Positions 1-12,412 of a stretch of DNA of 34,370 nt are shown one piece after another. Below the pieces are notes generated by a model. That model worked only from the letters and a program-made list of their open reading frames with translations, ran no database searches and was not told where the DNA came from. A program made the translations under genes and the position numbers. Position 1 is the stretch's first letter. Every line of letters begins with the position of its first letter. The DNA lies in contig NC_068983.1 of the NCBI RefSeq assembly GCF_001194135.2, positions 73,580,349 to 73,614,718 of the forward strand, given 5' to 3'. The stretch is from Octopus bimaculoides (taxonomy: Eukaryota).

Positions 1-69
<69 letters not shown>

Positions 70-290
70 CATATATACATATACATACACACACACACAC
101 ATATATACATACAGATATACATGTACAGATACATCAGATACATACAAACGTACATACATACAAACGTGCTCACACACACACACATATATGCATTCGCGCG
201 CGTCAAAATACGTATGTATGTATGTATTATGTATGTATATATGTATGTATGTACGTATGTGTGTATAATACAAATATACAAAGTCATTAG
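1..290. repeat. Compound microsatellite (AC)n/(AT)n/(ATAC)n/(ATGT)n
   Basis: Seen directly; explains ORF 121..312. Confidence 0.97.
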
Positions 291-595
291 TCATCCACAG
301 CGAAATTTTTAATATATTTCTTATGTACGATACAGTCTCGTTTCATGTGTGGTATTAATATCATATGTTGCTGTCGTGTTTTCCTGGTGGAATCAGCATA
401 CCCGCTTCGCACCCTCATTCTCATTATTATTACCTTATAGAATGATATTAATTTTTCATCAATTACTATTAATATTCTTTGCTATTTTGTTTTGATTTAT
501 TTGTGTTTTATGGAGTGAAAAAAAAAGTAATAATAAAAAATATTTATTATCTTTGATCTTGACGTGATATCGATTCTTTCAGTTGTTTCACTTTC

Positions 596-685
596 TGTGT
601 GTGCGCGCGTGTGTGTGCGCGTTTGTGTGCGCGTGTGTGTGTGCGCGCGCAAGTATCTGAATACATACATACATAGATATAAATA

Positions 686-735
<50 letters not shown>

Positions 736-990
736 CACACATATATTATGTAAGTACATATATGCATGCATATATACGTGTGTATGCATGTAAGTTTGTG
801 TGTATGTATATATGTATGTATGCATGCATGTTTGTAGATGTGTGCGTATAAACAGGTACTTAAACAATGCAATATGTACATATGTATGTTTGAGTGTATG
901 TATATATATATATATGTACAGGTATATGTATATATGTATTTAAATACATAAATATATACATATATACATACATGCATACGTACACATACA

Positions 991-1025
<35 letters not shown>

Positions 1026-1095
1026 GTATGTGTGTGTGTGTGTGTATGTGTGCGCGTGAGAGAGAGAGAGAGATAGAGATAGAGAGAGAGAGAGA
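596..1095. repeat. Compound microsatellite (GT/GC)n, (AT)n, (ATAC)n, (GA)n
   Basis: Seen directly; explains the Y/I/M/C/V-rich ORFs between 497 and 1076. Confidence 0.97.
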
Positions 1096-1218
1096 AAAGG
1101 AAGAGTAGGGAGTAAATGCCTGTTTTAATATCAGTTTTTGAATACAGTGACTGAATGTTGGTGAGTCAGCTTTTCATTAAATAATTGATATCATATGATA
1201 CGTTAACTGTTTACAGTA

Positions 1219-1219
<1 letters not shown>

Positions 1220-1263
<44 letters not shown>

Positions 1264-1290
1264 TATATATATATATATATATATATATAT
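1220..1290. repeat. (CA)n(TA)n microsatellite
   Basis: Seen directly. Confidence 0.97.
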
Positions 1291-1732
1291 GGTGGAGTCT
1301 TCTGTTGTTGACAACAGAAGAGGGCTCAACAATATCTTGCTGAACGACCTGTGCATATGATTTGTTTAATGTGATCAAATGTTTGTGTTGTACATTAGCT
1401 TGCTCTCTCTATCAAATCGACATTTCCAGTACAAGTGCACGGTACATGGTGCACCTTACATCAGATGTCGAAGTGATCGCAGAGCTGAGTGAAATAAAGT
1501 GTTTTATTCAAGAATACATCGCCCCTCGCCCCGTCCCAGAATCTAGTGATCGTTAGTGCAATACACANNNNNNNNNNTATATATATATATATATATATTG
1601 TGATATTCTGTTAAGAACGTTGTAGAGAACAGTATAAAACTCGTCCACCTTCAGATTTCACCCACTGCTATCCAACAGTAGCATTATACCTTCTGCCAGA
1701 TTTGTGTTGCGGGTCCTTTAGTGTATGAATGG

Positions 1733-1838
1733 ATAACTGAATAAGTTGGGGTCAACGAGAAAGAGGACAGAGGTACTTGTGATTACAAATAGATGTTCCT
1801 CTGTACTCCTTCTTGTTGACCCCAACTTATTCAATTAT
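1733..1838. repeat. Inverted repeat, 41-bp arms with 24-nt spacer (small MITE or hairpin RNA)
   Basis: 1733-1773 versus the reverse complement of 1798-1838: 37/41 identical, ungapped. Confidence 0.9.
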
Positions 1839-1870
1839 ATACATATATATATATATGTATACATACATAC

Positions 1871-2566
1871 AATTAATAATTATTTATGAATATATCAATG
1901 GCCAAACAGGTTATCATTAAATACATAGAAAAAGAATGTTTATAATTATGAACAAGTCAGAGTTATAACTAAGAGGGTTCTAAAACCTTCACATGTTTAT
2001 AAATAGCAGTCAAAACCGCTATAAAGCCATTTTTATTACTCATATTTCTCTTCACGATAAAAGCTGTCTGCGGGCGACATGACAAATAGAATTCAAAACT
2101 TTAAAATAACTGGTTAATTCCCTATTGCAATTTCGACGTTAGGGACCTATTAAGGGAACCATTCATCCCGTCAGGGAAATATTCCTATGGATAGAAATCA
2201 ATATAAGACCTTACCTGTATCTCGATCGGCAAGAGAAATGTGTCAACCTCTATCTACACATTCAAGTTTTGAATTCAAATGCCATGCAAAGGGTTTATGA
2301 GAAAAGACAGGTAAATTCGAGCCATCGCAAAATCACCGGATGGGTTGAGAAAATTAAATAATTAGAAAGTAATGTAATAATACATTATGGAGGATATATT
2401 ATAAACAATTAATAATTTTTTATGAATATATCAATGGCCAAACATGTTATCATAAAATACATAGAAGAAGAATGTTTATACTTATGAACAAGTGACAGTT
2501 ATAACTAAGATGGTTTCAAAACCCTTATATGTTTAGAAATAGCAGTGAAAACCTCTATAAAGCCAT
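1871..2566 (+). repeat. 160-bp direct repeat pair (1871-2030 and 2407-2566)
   Basis: Ungapped hand alignment gives 144/160 identical. Confidence 0.93.
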
Positions 2567-2567
2567 A

Positions 2568-3330
2568 TTGGGTCATCCGATAAACAATGCGGTTTTTCTA
2601 TACTTCTTTTATTTTTCAAAATTAAGATAAAGCTCTTTTTTAATCTAAAATATATTCTCCATTCATTTTCTACAATGCTCTTCCATCTAGCTGGTAGACT
2701 TGCAAGTCCCCTCTTCCAAAATTCACTTGTCCGTGAAGAAAAATATTTCTCCACTACTGTTTTGACCTCATCTACAGAATTCCTATTTTTTTCTTTCTAA
2801 ATGATTTTGAAGACTGCAAAATAAATGATAATCAGATGGGGTAATATCCGGCGAAGATAGTGGGTAGGACATCGTTTCCCATTCAAACTGCTCCAGCCTT
2901 TGCAATGTCATGCTCACTGTATGTGGCCGAGCATTATCCTGATGGAAAGCACCTTTCGTCTTGAAACCAAAGACGTTTTTTTCTTCTTCTAGCGCTGACT
3001 TAAGCTGCTCAAGCTGCTCGCAGTCGATCTCCTTTGTTATCGTTTGGTTTGTGTTTAAAAGTTTAAAGTGGACAAAACTTTTCATATCCCACCAAACAGA
3101 TAACAACACCTTACGTGGGTGAAGACCTTCTTTAGCCTGGGGTACCGGTGTTTCTCCTTTCCCTACCCACTGTCTTCGGCGCTTGACATTTTTGTAGAGA
3201 AGCCATTTCTCGTTACCAGTCACTATTCAGACCCCCCAAAAGTTTATTCGTGAAACGTGAAAGCATCTTTAAATGAATAAATGCATATACCCATGTCTAC
3301 GCATCAAACAGCTCAACCAAAACACTAACT
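2568..3330 (-). mobile_element. 5'-truncated mariner (DD34D) transposon fossil
   Basis: ORF 2783..3223 has TGNEKW, LHPRKVLLSVWWD and HQDNARPH-(34 aa)-PSDYHLF; ORF 2533..2754 gives the C-terminus (FWKRGLASLPARWKSIVENE). Mariner-like terminus TA|ttgggtcatccgataaacaatgcggttttt at 2566-2597. Frameshifted; no second TIR found. Confidence 0.93.
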
Positions 3331-4314
3331 CAACCACATATTTCCAAACACCGTGAACTCTTTTAACTCAAAAAGTTTTCTCGCTTTGTTAGCGACCGGC
3401 TTGAAGAACTTAAATAAAACTAAAAAAAAAAAAGAAAAGAAACATGCAAACATACATTTGCGTGTATATATGTGCGTGTCTGAGTGTGTATCTATACTTC
3501 TAAAATTTCGCAAAAAAAAAAAAAAAAAAAATGTGTGTGTGTGTGTGTGTGAGCGTATTTATTTTGCAAACTTTTTGGTGTGAAATCATTAGCTGAACTA
3601 GATGTTGACTTAATAGTGGTAATTCAATATAAACGTATTCAGACTTATGCTATTCACTAAGAAAAATATTGAATAGCTTCATAACAAACGAGACACTGAG
3701 TTATCCTTCTATTCAGAGTATCAGTCAGCTTGCTTAAGCTTGTTAGCATGGCATTATGACAATGTCGTTAAGGAGTTCACTTTACGATTACGTGGTTTCA
3801 CTTCAATCTTATTGTGCAGAACATTAGGTGTTTCTGTCATAGTTTTAGGTCGGCCAAAATCTTGTGACCGAACTTTAATAATCTGTCACAGCATGGAAGC
3901 CCATCGGTGGGAACGTTTACATTATTAGGTTGTAGACTTAATTCCTCGTCATTATTTTAGCAACATTATTTGGATCCTGGGCATCTTTAGGAAAGTCCAT
4001 TATAAATAGAGCATTTGGGCCAGGTCTCTGATTTGGGTATAACTTTACCCTTTCTTTCTACAAGTTTCTGAGGGGCTGAAAATATGGTCGTTGTTTTGAC
4101 AAAGTTATGAAAAAACGTCAGTATTAAAAAATAGGTAATTTTTTTTTGAGCGCATCTCTATTGAATATTTCGTTGCAGATTTATCGTTGGGTTAATGAAA
4201 ACATTTAATGTTGTTCGGTGCACTTATGAGTTTGGTTTTACTATTTTAAAAATTTTTATTAAAAATTTTTTTTATTTTTTTTATTTACTTTTTTTAAAAA
4301 AATATCTGAATAAA

Positions 4315-4995
4315 GCAGCAAGCTGGCAGAATCGTTAGCACGCCGGACAGAAGTGCTTACCGACATTTCTTTATGTCCTGGGTTCAAATTCCGCTGAGGT
4401 TGATTTTGCTTTTTATCTTTCGAGATCGATAAAGTAAGTACCATTTGAGCACTGGAGTTCGTATTATCGACTACTCTAGTTTTCTAAGGTGGCCCAGCTG
4501 GAAGAATCGTTACCACGTCGGATAAAATGCTTAGTGGCATTTCGTCTGTCTCTATTTAACTTCTGAGTTCAACTTCTCCCGAGGTCGACTTTGCCTTTCA
4601 TGCTTTCGGGGTCGATGAAATAAGTACCAGTTTATCATGGAGGTGGGGTTCGATCTAATCGACTATCCCCTGCCCCAAAATTCCAGGCCTTGTACTTCTA
4701 GAAACGATTCTTTAGCTGAACAAAGCAGCGAGCTGGCAGAATCGTTACTGCACCGAGAAAAAAAAAATAGCTTAGTGATATTTCTTCCGGCTCTTTACGT
4801 CCTGAATTCAAATTCTATAGGGGTCAACTCTTTCTTTCGTCCTTTCAAGAGTCGATAAAATTAGTATCAGTCGAGCACTGGGGCTAAAGTAATCGGCTTC
4901 CTTTTCCTTCAAAATTGCTGGCCTTGCATCGGTGAGCTGGCAGAATTGTTAGAACATCGGGAAATTGATTTGCAGTATTTGTTCCAGCTTGTCGC
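4315..4995 (+). mobile_element. Four head-to-tail decayed copies of a tRNA-derived SINE (family B: head ggcggcgagctggcagaatcgttag, central gcctttcatcctttcggggtcgat)
   Basis: Heads at about 4315, 4488, 4725 and 4931; B-box-like gagttcaaattcc; alignable to the younger copies at 28327 and 29367. Confidence 0.85.
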
Positions 4996-5469
4996 GGTCT
5001 AAAAGTTGTGGGACTAGTCTGTGGTTGTGACTGATTGAGTTGATGAACGAAAATATGTTTCAAAGGCTAACAGAAGATTTTATCGCGCATAAAGACAAAC
5101 TGCGTTGGCCTTTTAAAGGTAACAACAGCAATAATTACATACTGGGAGGGAAATACTGCTTGGAGTTTATGGCAAACTATTGATATAGCAACATGCGGCT
5201 GGCCCAACATTACGGCTAGCCCAACATTCGTGGCAACGGAGATACCTGTCGTCTATTTGTGCCATCTGTCTTAACCTCTTTCCTGGGTTGTCTGGCCGGT
5301 AAAAATGCGCACTGGACGGTTTTTATAGGCGATTGGAAGCCAAATTCTAGAATGTTCGAGAAAACCTGTCCACGCCATTGATTCACACTCATTGGTCGGT
5401 TAATAGACCGATCGCGTGAAACTATGGTGGTTTGCTCGCATATACAGGGATTCGATTTTGAGTCCCCGC

Positions 5470-5660
5470 TACAAGCTCTTTACGTTCTGGTTTCAAATCT
5501 TGCCGAGGTCAACATCGTCTTTCTTCTTTTCAGAGTCAATAAAATAAATACCAGCCAAATACTAGCCAAGATAGCAGTCGATGGTATCAACTTACCTTCT
5601 TTCCTAAAAATCGTTGGCCTTTTACCAACAATTTTTCAGAAATAATCAGAAATAATTATT
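5470..5660 (+). mobile_element. Decayed 5'-truncated family B SINE
   Basis: tacgttctggtttcaaatcttgccgaggtcaac...aataccag matches family B. Confidence 0.7.
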
Positions 5661-5927
5661 ATTTAGTTGAAGGAGAGGCACATCGCCCAGGCTTTCACAA
5701 ATTGTTCGGGTAGTTGTTTAGCCATAGGTCATCTCCGATCGAACAGACTTAATGATAAAAACCGTTCCAGACGTAATCATACCATCTTTCTCTTTACTCC
5801 AAACAATATGTTTAGGTCGCTTTCATCAATGTGTCCCTCTCTTTTCTTTAAAATTCTTGTATGTGATTTATAATCATGTATTAAATAATCTTAGTATTAT
5901 TGTGATTAATTTTACAACTTAGAACAT

Positions 5928-6150
5928 GGCGGTGAACTGGCACACTCGTTAGCACGCCGGGAAAACTGCTTAGTGACATTTTGTCGGTCTTTATATTCTG
6001 AGTTTAAATTCCTCTGAGGTCGACTTCGCCTTTCATCGTTTCGGATTCGATAAAACAAATATCAGTCAATCACTGTGTCGATGTAATCGACTTAACCTCT
6101 TATCCTAAATTGCCGGTCTTGTGCCAAAATTTGAAGTCAATATTATTACG
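5928..6150 (+). mobile_element. Family B tRNA-SINE
   Basis: Head ggcggtgaactggcacactcgttagcacgccgg; central gaggtcgacttcgcctttcatcgtttcgg. Confidence 0.88.
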
Positions 6151-6173
6151 TAGTACATGTTTGATATAATATG

Positions 6174-6557
6174 TTGTTGTGTGTTGGCACTCCGTCGCTT
6201 GCGCCGTCGAGTGTTCCAGTTGATCCAATCAACGAAACAGCCTGCTCGTGAAATTAACGTGCAAGTGGCTGAGCACTCCACAGACATGTGTACCCTTAAC
6301 GTAGTTCTCGGGGATATTCACCGTGACACAGTGTGATAAGGCTGACCCTTTGAATTACAGGCACAACAGAAACAGGAAGTGAGAGAAAGTTGTAGTGGAA
6401 GAGTACAGCAGAGTGCGCCACCATCCCCTGCTAGAGCCTCGTGGAGCTTTAGATGTTTTCGCTCAATAAACACTCACAACGCTCGGTCTGGGAATCGAAA
6501 CCGCGATCCTATGACCGCGAGTCCGCTGCCCTAACCACTGGGCCATTGCGTCTCCAC
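6174..6557 (-). mobile_element. Full-length young tRNA-derived SINE (family A) with (CAA)n tail
   Basis: Minus-strand A box tggcccagtggttagg and B box ggtttcgattccc; TSD tgatataatatg at 6162-6173 and 6558-6569; near-identical copies at 27776 and 31627. Confidence 0.95.
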
Positions 6558-6926
6558 TGATATAATATGTATTGTAATGAATAAATTAAATACTTGGGCT
6601 TGTGCTTATAACTGAACAAGACGTATCTCTAAGTATGTTGGAAAAAATAATTCTTCGGTTATTAAATATAGAAAAATGTGTGTAAATATCATAAAAATAA
6701 GACTTGTTAATAATAATATATAATTATATTATTTTGAGTATAGACATATAGTTTAAATAGATTTTTATGTATCGTAAGCTTATAGAATTCTGAATAAATT
6801 TATAATATATATAATTGATTCGCTGAATATGTATCGATTATATTTGTAATTGTTGTTATTGGAAAAAAATCTTTTATAATAATATAATTATTATTTATGA
6901 ATTTGTCAATGATGAGTTAAGTAGAA

Positions 6927-7171
6927 GTGGAGGTGTGTGGCTTAGTGGTTAGGGTGTTAGACTCTTGATCGTAAGATTGTGGTTTCAATTCCTGGATCGG
7001 ACAACACGTTGTGCTCTTGAGCAAAACCCTTCATTTCACGTTGCTCCAACTCACTCAGCTGGTAAAAATGTGTAATCCTGCGACGGACCGGTGTCCCGTC
7101 CAGGTAGGGAATATATATACGCCATGGAAACCGGCCGTTTTAAGGCTGTATGGCTAGGAAAGGAACTTTTA
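6927..7171 (+). mobile_element. tRNA-derived SINE with a V-domain-like core
   Basis: Head gtggaggtgtgtggcttagtggttagg resembles family A; core cctgcgacggaccggtgtcccgtccagg resembles the V-SINE core as I recall it; candidate TSD agttaagtaga (6915-6925) / agttaaataga (7172-7182). Confidence 0.75.
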
Positions 7172-7727
7172 AGTTAAATAGACGTTTCGAGTATCTCGAG
7201 TGATCACATAAGGATTTCCACGTTTACTCGGGACGGGTGAGGGTGATGTAGACGACCAGCTTCTACTGAACATTGATACCAGTAGGGAAAAACACACAGC
7301 TGCAGTACCGAGGATGTTGGATTGAACAAAGTTTTTAATGTAGGATTTGGAGCAGTTCAACAGAATAAGAATGATGAGAAGAAAAAACGTCGTGAGTAAT
7401 CCGGTGGGTTTAGATAGTTTGTTACTTCAGAGGAGCAGGAATAGAACAGGCAAGCATGCATAGTGTGTTGGGGGTGTATGTGTGAAGATTTGTCAGTCAA
7501 TCGGATGGTAGCGAAAATCCTATCCATTGTTTTACAGTGAATTCTTATGCTGACTAAAAATAAAAATGCAAAGCGAATAAAGGAATCGCTATACTTTAGT
7601 TAAACATGCTAGAAATAACAACCAAATCTCCCTCAAACCACGCTATACAATCTGATACAAATGCATTGGATATTGTACTTTTATATAACCCTAAAAAGAC
7701 AGATGATAGAATCAGGAATATTGTAAA

Positions 7728-7877
7728 GGTGTCACTGTGTGTTAAGAGATTTGCTTCTCAACCACATGGTTCCGGATTCAGTCTTGGACAAATGTCTTCA
7801 ACTATAATACCAGACCGACCAGAGCCTTGTGAGTGGATATGGTAGACGGAAACTGAAAGACTACCGTATATATGTAT
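7728..7877 (+). mobile_element. Head of CORE-like composite SINE (family C), running into (TA)n and an N gap
   Basis: aaccacatggttccgg...gccttgtgagtggatatggtagacggaaactgaaag aligns to the reverse complement of 24584-24737. Confidence 0.85.
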
Positions 7878-8620
7878 NNNNNNNNNNNNNNNNNNNNNNN
7901 NNNNNNNNNNNNNNNNNNNNNNNNNNNNNNNNNNNNNNNNNNNNNNNNNNNNNNNNNNNNNNNNNNNNNNNNNNNNNNNNNNNNNNNNNNNNNNNNNNNN
8001 NNNNNNNNNNNNNNNNNNNNNNNNNNNNNNNNNNNNNNNNNNNNNNNNNNNNNNNNNNNNNNNNNNNNNNNNNNNNNNNNNNNNNNNNNNNNNNNNNNNN
8101 NNNNNNNNNNNNNNNNNNNNNNNNNNNNNNNNNNNNNNNNNNNNNNNNNNNNNNNNNNNNNNNNNNNNNNNNNNNNNNNNNNNNNNNNNNNNNNNNNNNN
8201 NNNNNNNNNNNNNNNNNNNNNNNNNNNNNNNNNNNNNNNNNNNNNNNNNNNNNNNNNNNNNNNNNNNNNNNNNNNNNNNNNNNNNNNNNNNNNNNNNNNN
8301 NNNNNNNNNNNNNNNNNNNNNNNNNNNNNNNNNNNNNNNNNNNNNNNNNNNNNNNNNNNNNNNNNNNNNNNNNNNNNNNNNNNNNNNNNNNNNNNNNNNN
8401 NNNNNNNNNNNNNNNNNNNNNNNNNNNNNNNNNNNNNNNNNNNNNNNNNNNNNNNNNNNNNNNNNNNNNNNNNNNNNNNNNNNNNNNNNNNNNNNNNNNN
8501 NNNNNNNNNNNNNNNNNNNNNNNNNNNNNNNNNNNNNNNNNNNNNNNNNNNNNNNNNNNNNNNNNNNNNNNNNNNNNNNNNNNNNNNNNNNNNNNNNNNN
8601 NNNNNNNNNNNNNNNNNNNN

Positions 8621-9110
8621 ATCCTTTCGGGGTCGATAAATTAAGTACCAGTTACGCACTGGGGTCGATGTAATCGACTTAATCCGTTCGTCTGTTCTTG
8701 TTTGTCCCCTCTATGTTTAGCCCCTTGTGGGCAATAACGAAATAGGTATTTTGTCTGCCGTTACGTTCTGAGTTCAAATTCTGCCGAGGTCGACTTTGCC
8801 TTTCATCCTTTCGAGGTCGATCAATTAAGTACCAGTTACGCACTGGGGTCGATGTAATCGACTTAATCCCTTTGTCTGTCCTTGTTTGTCCCCTCTATGT
8901 TTAGCCCCTTGTGGGCAATAAAGAAATAAGAATCCTTACCACGCTGGAAAAAATGCTGAGAGGCATTTCTTCCGACTTTGCCTTCTGAGCTCAAATGTCG
9001 CCGGGGTTGACTTTTTCCTTTCATCCTTTCGGGGTCGATAAAATAAATACCAGTTCAACACTGGTGTAGATGTAACTGATTTACCTTCTCCCCGGACTTG
9101 TATGTATTGT
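8621..9110 (+). mobile_element. Tandem family B SINEs: two young 3' halves (8621-8745, 8747-8930) plus an older copy (8931-9110)
   Basis: Near-identical repeats of atcctttcg.ggtcgat...gttacgcactggggtcgatgtaatcgacttaatcc...gccccttgtgggcaata. Confidence 0.9.
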
Positions 9111-9187
9111 TGATGTTGTTCAGCCCCGGTCAAAAATATTCCTGTTGTGACCATCAGTTATTTCATGATTATAGAGAACTGTAATAA

Positions 9188-9216
9188 ACACACACACACA
9201 CACACACACACACAAT

Positions 9217-9247
<31 letters not shown>

Positions 9248-9330
9248 CACACACGCACATATATATATATATATATACATACACACACACACAGCAGTCT
9301 TCTTTCAGTTTCCATCTACCAAAGTTTGGA
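9188..9330. repeat. (CA)n/(TA)n microsatellite with an adjacent family C head fragment (minus strand)
   Basis: ctttcagtttccatctacca at about 9302 is the reverse complement of the family C head end. Confidence 0.8.
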
Positions 9331-10104
9331 ACCAATATTTCATGACTAATAATTTACCTTCTCTTAAGCGGTATCAGTTAGCTCGATAGTTCTCCCTGTT
9401 GTCGTCTATGGAGCATTTTCTGAAGTGTGAAATCACGATGTACTTAGCATCAGTCTCGTTTCAACAGACTCAATATTTTTCAAAAGTTGTTGGGAAAGAT
9501 GGCAGAATCGTCAGGGCATCAGACAGAATTCTTTGCAATATTTATGCTGGCTCTTTGCGAACAGAGTTCAAATTCCGCCTTAGGATTCAAATCCATTCGA
9601 ATGCCAGAGCTAATGGGCCAGAGCTAATGGGCCAGAGCTAATGGCCTGACAATGGAACTACAATTGAATATAAGAAAGTTGCAATGAATGGAGGAGCATT
9701 TGTGTTATCTGATACTGTAGTTGGGTAAGAAAATATCTACGTCAAAACGACACGAAATGATTATCAAATTTTGAATAATGATGATGATTAACAGTTTAGT
9801 CACGAGTAAGGAAATTAAAATTGAATTCTTTGTTAAAAGTTTTCCGATTCTTCTAATATTGACGAGAGACAAATTCATGGAATTTTAAATGATGGTATAC
9901 CATCTTTAAATCTGATTTTTTATTCACATAGATTCACAATGGTAAGAAATTTTTTAATCTAACAAGTGATACATTTCCCAAAATTTGACAATCATTTCGT
10001 GTCGTTTTGATATAGAGTTTTTTTCTCTTGTCAGTTTCTCATTATTGTAAAAGATAGATACATTTGCAGACAAATGAATGGACATTGAGGGAACCTGTAC
10101 ATGG

Positions 10105-10350
10105 TTACTCAACCAGCTAGAAATAGCAGCAACATCTCCGCCAAATCACTCCCTAAACTGAGCTAACAAAGGAATATCTAAGTAGTCACATAGCCCTCTA
10201 GAAATAACAACTAAATGTTCTTCAGATAATACACTAACGTATTAAAAAAGGGAAGAACACGTTGTATTCCTAAGATACACAATACATTGAAAATGCTTTG
10301 ATCACAGGTCGGATCCTTCAGGGCTTGCCTCGGACAATGCAACAACAATT
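10105..10350 (+). repeat. Old interspersed repeat (gctagaaatagcagc...atctcc motif); related fragments at about 7605-7660, 11290-11450 (-) and 32880-33060 (-)
   Basis: Shared decayed motif gctagaaata.ca.c.aaatctccctcaaa seen at several loci; class not determined. Confidence 0.6.
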
Positions 10351-10987
10351 ACCTCATGCAAGTTTACATTCATCCGTTTGATTGATGTTATCATGATATC
10401 CTGCAATGAGTGATCTATTCACCATACGTATATTTGGGCGTTACTGCAGTTTATTGACGAATTAACTGTTAATGCATTCTTTTACTCTTTCACTGGCAAA
10501 TATTTCTTAGATGCAGCCAATTCTGAGGTGCCGCCTTCAAGAGTTTCATACAAAGTAATAAGTCATGTGTATTGGTGAAAAGCGCAAGTTATTTCGTTTG
10601 GCAGGCACCAGTATGCATCAGTAAATAATTTATTTGGTGAATTTATAAACAAGAACCTATAACTCTTGGTAGATTCATTAGACTGGGGTAGCTTTGGCTA
10701 AGAGGACACAACGATGTCGAAACAGGGGTTCCCAAAGTCCCCTTGTAACTATAGATCATTATGTTCATGCTCAAATCTGCCGGAAAGTATTAAGAATGAA
10801 TATATATGCCATTGTAAATATAAAGTTCATTGTACGGAACTTATTCTATTGATTTCTATTTATCGAATGGCTAAGTCCAACTTGGAGTAAAAGCATTTCA
10901 CTCTTAAAAATGAGAACAAATTATGTTTGCTTTGTTATAAACTGGACTTCGAAAGTACAGAATGAATCACTTCTTTCTATAGAAATA

Positions 10988-11200
10988 TTGGTTTCAAATT
11001 TTGGCACAAGGCCAGCAATTTCGTGGTAGTGAGTAAGTCGATTACATCGACCCCAGTGCTCAATTGGCTGTTATTTTATCGACCCCGAAAAGATGAAATG
11101 CAAAGTTGACCTCGGTGGAATTTGAACTCTGAACGTAGAGACGAACGAAATGCCGCTGAGCATTTTCTCTGACGCAGTAACGATTCTGCCAGCTCGCCGC
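10988..11200 (-). mobile_element. Family B tRNA-SINE
   Basis: Reverse complement begins gcggcgagctggcagaatcgttac and carries the B box and the central domain. Confidence 0.9.
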
Positions 11201-12347
11201 TTTGTCTCTATTATAAATATCAACAGTATCTCCAGTTTCTCAGATGGAAGGACTTTGAAAAAAGCCTTCATTTGTATGTTGTTGTTGTTGGTAGTATTTT
11301 AACCTAAGTCGACCCTGTTTAAACAGAACCCGTATGATCAAAGCCTTCGAACCAAAGGCTTATGATTAAAGGCATTCAAACCATAACCATCCCGCATTTG
11401 TCAAGCATTGTATACTGCAGACTACATTATATAATGTGTCGTTCCCTTTGTTTATGAGGCAGTATATAGACACAGTATGGCCGAATTGCTAAGAAGTTAG
11501 TTTTACAATTATCAGGTGGCGAGTTCTATCTCAGAGTGTGGCACCTCGGAAGAATGTCTTTTATTCTCGCTTCGAGCCAACCTATGCCTTACTCTTAGTT
11601 TCACATTTACCTAAGAAAATCAGCACTTCCTCATAAAAAGGAGTTCCTACATGTTTCATTATGAAGAGAAATACAGAGAAACAAGTAATATTACGTCAAA
11701 TGTGTATGCTCTTATCCATTCCATTGCACAACCAGAAGAAATATTTGACTCAATATTAACCAAGATGTCAGCACGCAAAGTGTTTGTTTTCTCTATATGT
11801 GTCATGATTTGAACAAATCTTGTATCACAAGAGTAAACTATTATCTGAAAGAAATTATGCAGCTTTTTAACTAATGTTTTTCAATTTGATCTTGTATGTA
11901 ACTGATTTCGTTTCATATAAAACCTTTAGCTCACCTGGCGTGTGACATGTTCACCTAGCATATGACATGTTCATTAGAGCTTAATACAAATTACCATATC
12001 AAAACAATTTGTAATATAAAAACAAAAATACGAAACAAAATGAGATGACTTCTTTATTTATTATGATTACTTTTTTAATCAGTAATTATTGAAATGAAAT
12101 AAAATTTGTTCTTTTTAGTTTCAATAACTTCTGAAATATCAAAGTTGATACTTCTCAAACAAACAATTAAGCAAACACTGATGAAAGTCAGACACATTAT
12201 TTGTTGTTGTGGTGGTACTGGGTTTAGTTCCAGATCAGCTCTGTTTGAGGGCAGACATATAAGAAAATATATTGCCGTATCTATATATAGTTATACTTCA
12301 GGTTGGTCAGTTTTCTTTTGCCAAATAAACACTCGCATATAAACGTG

Positions 12348-12381
<34 letters not shown>

Positions 12382-12412
12382 AGGGCATTACTATACATGA
12401 ATGCCTCACGCT

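Noticed and set aside
121-1076. ORFs of 60-143 aa rich in Y/I/M/C/V/H/T
   Set aside because: They are translations of microsatellites; the same applies to the 9120-9389, 17046-18187 and 30260-31003 ORFs.
1414-1470. Weak inverted repeat tcgacat...atgtcga
   Set aside because: Only 7-bp arms with poor internal pairing; compatible with chance.
1871-2566. Direct repeats as LTRs of a TRIM
   Set aside because: No clear TG...CA ends, primer-binding site, polypurine tract or TSD.
4315-4995. Regularly spaced repeats as a CRISPR-like array
   Set aside because: Units are about 200-bp divergent SINE copies in a eukaryotic genome, with no constant repeat and unique spacer structure.
5190-5470. CpG-richer patch with two ATTGG (CCAAT) motifs as a promoter
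   Set aside because: Five-base motifs are expected by chance, and no downstream gene or TSS evidence exists in the window.
6174-6557. tRNA-like heads (also 6927, 24737, 28327) as real tRNA genes
   Set aside because: A and B boxes are present, but they continue into multi-copy SINE bodies with TSDs and show no complete cloverleaf.
7169-7360. Protein-like short ORFs on both strands
   Set aside because: Under 65 aa, no recognisable domain, no convincing splice signals.
9648-9724. Exon-like frame DNGTTIEYKKVAMNGGAFVLSDTVVG ending at GTAAG
   Set aside because: An in-frame TAA lies just upstream, there is no usable acceptor, and I recognise no homology.
11943-11972. Two tgacatgttc half-sites resembling a p53 response element
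   Set aside because: Explained by a 20-bp tandem duplication; each half-site mismatches the RRRCWWGYYY consensus.
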